From NCBI GenBank assembly GCA_040755995.1, contig JBFMAF010000027.1:1-64000 (forward strand): a stretch of DNA of 64,000 bases, read 5' to 3'. Made by a program: the position numbers and the translations under genes. This stretch comes from Acidobacteriota bacterium. Lineage in GTDB: Bacteria > Acidobacteriota > CAIWXX01. Below, piece after piece: positions 57,749 to 64,000 of this stretch; position 1 is the stretch's first letter; each line of letters opens with the position of its first letter. The notes beneath the pieces are model-generated. The model worked only from the letters and a program-made list of their open reading frames with translations. It was not told the origin of the DNA and searched no databases.

Positions 57749-58483
57749 CTATCCATTCTTCTCCCGGATCAGCTCGGCTGCGATGCTGATCGCGATCTCC
57801 CTGGGCGTGACGGCGTGAATCGGGAGACCCACCGGGACGTGGAGGTTCAGCCCCGCGGCATCGATGCCGCGTTTCGCCAGTTCCTCGACGAGCTTCTCGC
57901 CCTTCCGTTTCGACCCGATGACCCCCACGTAGCGCGGCCGGGTCTCCGCGAGCCGCACCAGGATCTTCATGTCGGTCTCGTGGTTCATGGTGAGCACGAG
58001 AACGAAGTCCGAGCGGCCGATTTCTGGGAACGGGCTCAGCGTGTCCCACGAGATCTTCTGCACGTCGAGCCCGGCGATGTCCTGGTCATGGGCGATCACG
58101 CATCGGAAGCCCGCGCTCGCAACGAGCTGCGACACTTCGCGACCGACGTGCCCGTAGCCGAAGATCCACACGGTCGCGGGTGGAAGGTACGGCTCGAAGA
58201 ACACGGTGACCTCTCCGCCACACCACATCCCTGTTCCGCTCTCGGTGAGCTTGTACGAACGTAGAGCAGGCTTCCCCGAGGCGAGGCACTCGCGCGCGTC
58301 CGCCACCACATTCTGCTCCAGTCCGCCGCCACCAGCCGAGCCGACTGTGGCGCCGCCGGCCGGCACCAGGATCTTGAAGCCGGGCTTCGCCGGTGAGGAG
58401 CCGCGCACGTCGACCACCGTGGCCAAGACCATCGGCTCGGCGGGTTTCAGCAGACTCTGGAGGATCTCTACCTGTGCTTCCAT
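57749..58483 (-). CDS. xdhC: XdhC/CoxF molybdenum cofactor insertion chaperone
   Basis: GSSP, GSAGGGGLE, GMWCGG, FGYGHVG, YVGVIGS, PVGL, TPREIAISIAAEL. Confidence 0.9.
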   Translation of the reverse strand: MEAQVEILQSLLKPAEPMVLATVVDVRGSSPAKPGFKILVPAGGATVGSAGGGGLEQNVVADARECLASGKPALRSYKLTESGTGMWCGGEVTVFFEPYLPPATVWIFGYGHVGREVSQLVASAGFRCVIAHDQDIAGLDVQKISWDTLSPFPEIGRSDFVLVLTMNHETDMKILVRLAETRPRYVGVIGSKRKGEKLVEELAKRGIDAAGLNLHVPVGLPIHAVTPREIAISIAAELIREKNG

Positions 58484-59211
58484 TCGGGCTTTCTCTTCTC
58501 CTTGAAGCTCGCCATCCCCTCCTTCACGTCCTCGATCTGGTAGAGCTCCTGAAGGAACATGCGGCGAAGGGTTTCGGTCGTACCTGCGCTCGGAGGTTCG
58601 ACTGCACCTCTGAATGCCCGCTTCGCCAGCCTCAGGACCGGAATGCTCAGCCCGTTCATCCGTTCTTCGACACTCTTCCATTCGTCCCTGGTCGCAAGCT
58701 TCTGGACCAGGCCCATCGCATGGGCTCTGTCGGCCGTGATGGTCTCGCCAGTCAGGATCAAGTGCGCAGCGTTCTGTCGCGAGGTGAGCCGCGGAAGGTG
58801 GGCACAGGCCAGGGGCGGGAAGAAGGCAAGAGAGATCTCCGGGACGCCGAGGGTGGCTCCCGGGTCGGCGACGACGAAATCGCAGAAGTGGACCAGCTCG
58901 AGGGCCCCTCCGAGGCATGCCCCGTGGATCATTGCAACGGACACCGCGGGCAGCCGGTCGAGCGCGTCGCAGGCATCCAGAAGCGCCCCGATCATGTCTC
59001 CGGCCATCTCCTGCCGGTGCTCCTCCACCGAGGCGCCGGCCGAGAAGCACTTCCCGTTCCCAGAGAGCAGCACCGCCGCGAGGCTCTCGTCAATGGCGGC
59101 GCTCCTGAGCTGCTGAGCCAGCTCCTTCAGCAGCGCCGCCGTCAGGATGTTGACTGGCGGGTTGCTCAGCGCCAGGTGAAGTACTCGATCTTTCTTCTCT
59201 ACGACGATCAT
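58468..59211 (-). CDS. dch: Cyclohexa-1,5-diene-1-carbonyl-CoA hydratase (crotonase family)
   Basis: PPVNIL, FSAGASVEEH, CLGGALEL, LGVPEI..FFPP; next to oah. Confidence 0.8.
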   Translation of the reverse strand: MIVVEKKDRVLHLALSNPPVNILTAALLKELAQQLRSAAIDESLAAVLLSGNGKCFSAGASVEEHRQEMAGDMIGALLDACDALDRLPAVSVAMIHGACLGGALELVHFCDFVVADPGATLGVPEISLAFFPPLACAHLPRLTSRQNAAHLILTGETITADRAHAMGLVQKLATRDEWKSVEERMNGLSIPVLRLAKRAFRGAVEPPSAGTTETLRRMFLQELYQIEDVKEGMASFKEKRKPEWKHR

Positions 59212-59293
59212 TGAAACCTCCGGTTGCAGGACGCGCCAGGCCGACTGGCTGCCACCGGCCTGCGCACCCGGACGGGCCCGCAGGCCGGGCGCG

Positions 59294-60337
59294 CTAGCCG
59301 ATTCTCGCTCCGCACATGCCACAGAACCCGAAATGCTCGGGGATGCCCTTGGCGCCGCAGGCCGTGCAGTTCTTCGTGTAGGCACCGAACAGGAACTCGC
59401 TGCTCTTGTCGTCGCGAGCCCTCTCTCTCAGGCCGACATAGCGCGCCTTCCGCTTTTCGACGAAAGCGCTCATGCCTTCCCACGGCTCCAGTGCGCAGTA
59501 GTGGATGGACAGCCAATCCCGCGCATGACCCACGGTCTGGTACCAGGAAAGGTTCTTCCAGAAATTCGCCTGCTCCTTCGTGTACCTCGTGCACTCCGCG
59601 AACTTTTCCACGATCTGCTGGGCCATCTTGTTGACCTCTTCGTCCAGCGCGGAGAGATCGATAGTGTAGCCGTCCTGATCCTTCTGAGCCTTGTCGATCT
59701 GCTCCTTGCTCGCGCGCTGTACAAAGGCACCGTCCTTCTTCACCGACGGCACGACGCGGTTGACCAGCCCCCAGTCGAGCGCCTGGTAGGCGTTGATCCG
59801 CGGATTCAGATAGAGCATCTCCCTGGCCCGCTTGTCGCCGACGACCATCGGGAGCCACTGCGTGGCGCCTCCGCAGGCCACCGATCCGACGCTGGTCCCG
59901 ACCTGCCCCACGTAAGCGTGCTCGGCCATCACCGTGAGGTCGCAGGCGAGCTGGCTCTCGTTGCCGCCGCCCACGGCCATGCCGTTGAGCCGCGCGATCG
60001 TGGGCTTGCCGCAGTTCAGGATGCTTTCGATGTACTCCTTGAAGAGACCCATGTACTTCCAGTAGTCCCTGGGTCGCGACGTGTACTCGGCCTGGTATTC
60101 TTTCACGTCCCCGCCGGTGCAGAACGCGCTCTTGCCCGCGCCCGTGTAGACGACCACGGCCACCGAATCGTCGAATGCCGCGTCGCGGAATGCCGTCGCC
60201 AGCTCGATCAGCGCCGGAGTCGAGTAAGCGTTATAACGCTCCGGCCGATTGATCGTGATCCTGGCGATCCAGTCCTTCTTCTCGTACAGCACCTCTTTGA
60301 ATGCCAACGCTTCTGGCGATTTCCCTGTCAAAGGCAT
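59294..60337 (-). CDS. oah: 6-oxocyclohex-1-ene-1-carbonyl-CoA hydrolase-like protein with C-terminal zinc ribbon
   Basis: YNAYST, AFCTGGDVKEY..Y...P.DY..YM.LF, GGAT, VVPSVKKDGAF; ends CTACG...FCGMCG. Confidence 0.75.
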   Translation of the reverse strand: MPLTGKSPEALAFKEVLYEKKDWIARITINRPERYNAYSTPALIELATAFRDAAFDDSVAVVVYTGAGKSAFCTGGDVKEYQAEYTSRPRDYWKYMGLFKEYIESILNCGKPTIARLNGMAVGGGNESQLACDLTVMAEHAYVGQVGTSVGSVACGGATQWLPMVVGDKRAREMLYLNPRINAYQALDWGLVNRVVPSVKKDGAFVQRASKEQIDKAQKDQDGYTIDLSALDEEVNKMAQQIVEKFAECTRYTKEQANFWKNLSWYQTVGHARDWLSIHYCALEPWEGMSAFVEKRKARYVGLRERARDDKSSEFLFGAYTKNCTACGAKGIPEHFGFCGMCGARIG

Positions 60338-60368
60338 GCTCGTGGCCTCCTGGTTGAATATGATTGAG

Positions 60369-61667
60369 TTATCTGTCCGCCCGGCCGGACGCGGAGCACC
60401 CAGCCGGTGTTGAAAAAACTCCGTTCGATTGCGGGGCGTCGTCCACTCGCCGCGCCTGGGGCGTGCCCGTTGTGCGCGCGTCGAGCTGCTCCTTGATCAC
60501 CTGCGCCAGCCGCCCCACTCCTTCGCTGATGCGCTCCGGCGAGCAGTTCGAGAAGTTCAGCCGCATGGTGTTGTGCTGGCCACCAACCAGGGCAAAAGCC
60601 GACCCGGGGATGTAGGCCGTCTGCCGTGCCAACGCGGCCTCGAACATCTTCATGGTGTCGATCGACTCGGGGAGCCTGAGCCATAGGAACAGGCCGCCCT
60701 GAGGCACAGTCCACGTGGCCATGCCGCGGAGGTGGCGATCGAGCGCAGCCAACATCGTGTTCCGTCTCTCCCGGTTCGCCTCCCTGAGCTGCGCCAGGTA
60801 AGGCTCCAGGTGGCCCCGCGACATGAATTCGGCCACAACGCGCTGAATGAGCTGCGACGACTCCAGGTCGATCGCCTCGCGCAACGGGATGAATCGCTTG
60901 AGGATCTCCGGCGATGCGACGATCCAGCCGAGCCGCATCGCGGGTGCCATGATCTTGGAGAAAGACCCGACGTAGACGACCGCCCCCACCGCATCGTACG
61001 CCTTGATCGGTGCGGCCGCCGGGCCCTCGAAGCGCGACATCGAGTACGGATCATCCTCCACTATCGGCACTCCGTGGGTCGCCGCCATTTCAGCAATCCG
61101 CATCCGCTTCGCCACGGGCAGGCTCGCACCGAGCGGATTGTGAAAGTCGGGGACCACGATTCCGAAGCGCGGTCGAGGCTCACGCGCGAGCGCCTCCTCC
61201 AACGCGTCGACATCCACTCCTGTTTCTTCGTCCACCGGCACGGCACGTGCGGATGCCTCGTGCACCTGAGCGAGCTGTATGATTCCGGTGAAAGTGATCG
61301 ATTCCAGCGCGATGACGTCGTTTGGATCCAGCAGCAACCGGGCGAGGATCTCCATGGCCTGCTGGGCGCCGCTCGTGATGAAGACGTTCTCGGCGCTGCA
61401 GGCAACCCCGCGGCTTCTCATATGGGCTGCGATGAGATCCAGCAGCGGCGTGTATGGCGGCCCGTACTGCAACGCACGCGCCCCGTCGCGCGTCAAGACG
61501 GCGTCGAAGCAGCTGTGGAGCTCCGCGACCGGCAGCCGATCGGTTGCCGGCAGCCCGCCGGCGAACGAGATGATGTCAGGGCGCACAGTCAGCGCGATCA
61601 GGTCGCGCATCACGCTTCGCCTCAGCGCGGTGGAGGCACGGGAGAACGAATAGGGAACGACATCCAT
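60369..61667 (-). CDS. PLP-dependent class I aminotransferase (LysN/2-aminoadipate type)
   Basis: ISFAGGLP, ITSGAQQA, PDFHNPLG, EDDPY, GSFSKIMAPAMRLGW, PQGGLFLW. Confidence 0.92.
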   Translation of the reverse strand: MDVVPYSFSRASTALRRSVMRDLIALTVRPDIISFAGGLPATDRLPVAELHSCFDAVLTRDGARALQYGPPYTPLLDLIAAHMRSRGVACSAENVFITSGAQQAMEILARLLLDPNDVIALESITFTGIIQLAQVHEASARAVPVDEETGVDVDALEEALAREPRPRFGIVVPDFHNPLGASLPVAKRMRIAEMAATHGVPIVEDDPYSMSRFEGPAAAPIKAYDAVGAVVYVGSFSKIMAPAMRLGWIVASPEILKRFIPLREAIDLESSQLIQRVVAEFMSRGHLEPYLAQLREANRERRNTMLAALDRHLRGMATWTVPQGGLFLWLRLPESIDTMKMFEAALARQTAYIPGSAFALVGGQHNTMRLNFSNCSPERISEGVGRLAQVIKEQLDARTTGTPQARRVDDAPQSNGVFSTPAGCSASGRADR

Positions 61668-61856
61668 GGCCGGGCGCAATTATAGATGCAGCTGTGATCG
61701 CAGGCAAGGATAAGTTGGGACGACGGGTCGAGCCCGACGGAATCGCCGCGGAGCATCGAGGCCGCGATCGATGCCCTGTTGGTTGCCCGTCACGATGCCG
61801 CGGCTCGGGCACCCCGCCGGTCCCAATCCGGCGCTAACGGCGCAAACCGCTGAGGG

Positions 61857-61983
61857 CCCTGGCCCGCGATAAGGCCGCAGGTGCAAGGCGCCGAGGAGCG
61901 AGGAGCGCAGCGTCCACCCTGGTACGTGAGCACCGCAGCGACGAAGGCAACGCAGCAGATGCGGCCTTAGCGCGGGATCAGGG
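61857..61983. repeat. 127-bp palindromic MITE/REP-like element
   Basis: Imperfect terminal inverted repeats CCCTGG-CCCGCGATAAGGCCGCA / TGCGGCCTTAGCGCGGGATCAGGG around a GCAAGGCG...GTACG...CAACGCAGCAGATG core. Confidence 0.65.
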
Positions 61984-62052
61984 CGGTCGCCCCTACTTGA
62001 TCAGCGGCCTCAAAGCTGCTAGAAACACACGGCGGTAGAGGGAAGGAGAGCG

Positions 62053-63738
62053 ATGAAGAGCAGCGATCAGCGGCAGGCGAGCCTGGATTTCGGCGAGCCG
62101 GAGCCGCAGGCCCCATCAGCGGCCTCGAAGCCGGCGCCGCCGGCACCGGGATCCACGCGTCTGCCGCCGGCGCCCGTACGCGGGCATGCCCGTCGCGCTA
62201 CGGCCGAGTCGATGGCCGAGCGCCAGCGGGACATCTCGGTCTCGGAGTTCTTCAGCAAGAACCGTCACCTGCTCGGGTTCGACAATCCTCAGAAGGCCCT
62301 CCTGACGGCAGTCAAGGAGGCGGTCGACAACTCTCTGGATGCCTGCGAGGAAGCCGGAATCCTTCCGGATCTGCTGATCGAGATCAGGCAGCTCTCCGAG
62401 ACCCGCTTCGTGATGGGCGTCGAAGACAACGGGCCTGGGATCGTGAAGGCGCAGATCCCGAAGATCTTTGGAAAGCTGCTCTACGGTTCCAAGTTCCATA
62501 CGCTCAAGCAGTCTCGCGGCCAGCAGGGGATCGGGATATCTGCGGCAGGCATGTACGGGCAGTTGACATCCGGCAAGCCCACGCGCATCTGGTCTCGGAC
62601 GGGGCCTGACAAGCCGGCCCACCACTACGAGATCCGCATCGACACCCGGAAGAACGCTCCTGCCGTGGTGAGGGACGAGAAGGTGGACTGGGCCAGGCCT
62701 CATGGGACTCGAGTGGAGATCGAGATGGAGGGGACGTTCAAGAAGGGCCGCCGGTCAGTGGATGACTACGTGCAGCAGACGGCGCTCGCCAACCCGCACG
62801 CCTCGATCCGTTACACCAACCCGGCGGGCGAGGAGGTCGTGTACGAGCGCGCGGCGTTGGAGCTTCCGGTCGAGCCCAGGGAGATCCGGCCGCATCCGTA
62901 CGGTGTGGAGCTCGGCATGCTGCACCGCATCATCCACGAGAGCAGCGCCGGCAGCCTTCGGTCTGCGCTGCAGCGCGAGTTCTCACGGGTCTCCGAGAAA
63001 GTTTCGACCGAGATCCTCGGCAAGGCCGGCCTCTCGGGCGAGCTGCGCCCGCGCAATGTGTCGATGGTGGATGCCGAGGGGCTGATGCGCGCCGTTCAGC
63101 AGGTCAAGATCATGGCGCCGCCGACCACCTGCCTCTCGCCGATCGGCGAGGAGCTGATTCTCAGCGGCATGCGGGCGCGTCTCAAGGCGGACTTCTACAC
63201 ATCCACGTCGCGGCCGCCGGCGGTCTACCGCGGGAATCCGTTCCAGATCGAGGTCGGGCTTGCGTACGGTGGGGAGCTGCCGGCGGAGGAGCCGATGGAG
63301 CTGTTCCGGGTGGCCAACCGGGCGCCGCTGCAGTACCAGCAGTCGGCGTGTGCAATCTTCCGGGCGGCCCTGACCACCGACTGGCGCAACTACGGGCTCC
63401 AGCAGCCCAAAGGATCGCTGCCCGTCGGCCCCGTCGCGCTCTTCGTTCACATGGCGTCGGTGTGGGTGCCGTTTACATCCGAGAGCAAGGAGGCCATTGC
63501 GCACTATCCCGAGATCATCCGGGAGATGCGGCTGGGCATCCAGGAATGTGCGCGGCGCCTGGCCTCGCACGTGAGGCATCGGAGGCGGCAGGTGGAGGAG
63601 TCCAAGAAGCGGTCCTACATCGAGAAGTTCATCCCGCACATCGGGGTCGCCCTGCAGGAGATACTCGCGCTCACCGATCGGCAGCAGCGGGAGGTCGTCG
63701 TGGTGCTGACCGACACGCTCCAGCGGTCACGAGGCTAG
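62053..63738 (+). CDS. top6B: DNA topoisomerase VI subunit B
   Basis: [67 protein letters not shown]. Confidence 0.96.
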   Translation: MKSSDQRQASLDFGEPEPQAPSAASKPAPPAPGSTRLPPAPVRGHARRATAESMAERQRDISVSEFFSKNRHLLGFDNPQKALLTAVKEAVDNSLDACEEAGILPDLLIEIRQLSETRFVMGVEDNGPGIVKAQIPKIFGKLLYGSKFHTLKQSRGQQGIGISAAGMYGQLTSGKPTRIWSRTGPDKPAHHYEIRIDTRKNAPAVVRDEKVDWARPHGTRVEIEMEGTFKKGRRSVDDYVQQTALANPHASIRYTNPAGEEVVYERAALELPVEPREIRPHPYGVELGMLHRIIHESSAGSLRSALQREFSRVSEKVSTEILGKAGLSGELRPRNVSMVDAEGLMRAVQQVKIMAPPTTCLSPIGEELILSGMRARLKADFYTSTSRPPAVYRGNPFQIEVGLAYGGELPAEEPMELFRVANRAPLQYQQSACAIFRAALTTDWRNYGLQQPKGSLPVGPVALFVHMASVWVPFTSESKEAIAHYPEIIREMRLGIQECARRLASHVRHRRRQVEESKKRSYIEKFIPHIGVALQEILALTDRQQREVVVVLTDTLQRSRG

Positions 63739-64000
63739 GCCGGAGAGCCGGAGCAGCGCGTAGGCCGCGGCCGCGATGGCGGCGGATCCCGGGATCGTGA
63801 GGACCCACGCCCAGACGATCCGTCCCGCTACCCCCCACCGCACCGCCGAGAGCCGGTGAGTCGCGCCGACGCCGACGATGGAGCCGGTGATGGTGTGCGT
63901 TGTAGATACGGGGATGCCGAGGCCCGTGGCGAGGAAGAGTGTCGCGGCGCCGGAGGTTTCTGCGCAGAAGCCGCCGATCGGCTTGAGGCGGGTCATGCGC
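63727..64000 (-). CDS. PiT-family inorganic phosphate transporter, C-terminal part (runs off the window)
   Basis: [37 protein letters not shown]. Confidence 0.9.
   Translation of the reverse strand, partial: RMTRLKPIGGFCAETSGAATLFLATGLGIPVSTTHTITGSIVGVGATHRLSAVRWGVAGRIVWAWVLTIPGSAAIAAAAYALLRLSGLAS

Noticed and set aside
60401..60425. GTGTTGAAAAAACTCC resembling an IS or REP end
   Set aside because: No partner inverted repeat or transposase found; it lies within the aminotransferase 3' end.

Overview
GC-rich bacterial window; an Acidobacteriota-like anaerobe is my inference from gene content only. It has four blocks. (1) 0.3-16 kb: two paralogous, probably exported PDZ-TPR-CHAT (caspase-like) proteases, an ECF sigma factor with a zinc-finger anti-sigma, a lone receiver protein and a large S8 protease with nine Ig-like repeats. 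(2) 19-38.4 kb, the main finding: an apparent cytochrome-nanowire locus. It encodes six multiheme c-type cytochromes (45 CxxCH plus 3 atypical heme motifs): a tetraheme OmcE-like subunit, two 5-heme OmcE variants, a 12-heme protein with an OmcE-like N-terminal module, and 10- and 12-heme relay cytochromes. It also encodes a PpiC chaperone, an outer-membrane beta-barrel, two NHL beta-propellers and a GT-C/TMTC glycosylation cassette. Five sigma54 promoters and a shared TGCG-N8-CGCA enhancer-like motif lie upstream of the cytochrome genes. (3) 39-52 kb: mixed genes (GHL10 hydrolase, frameshifted TPR gene, second ECF/anti-sigma/Spy-like trio, ankyrin lipoprotein, PDZ-GAF-SpoIIE phosphatase, AAA+ DUF4143). 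(4) 52-64 kb: an anaerobic benzoyl-CoA pathway cluster (oah, dch, xdhC, yqeB, had-like, hcrB-like, fused hcrC-hcrA), an aminotransferase, a palindromic repeat, a top6B with no adjacent top6A, and a partial PiT transporter. All family calls come from motif recognition by eye; no searches were run.
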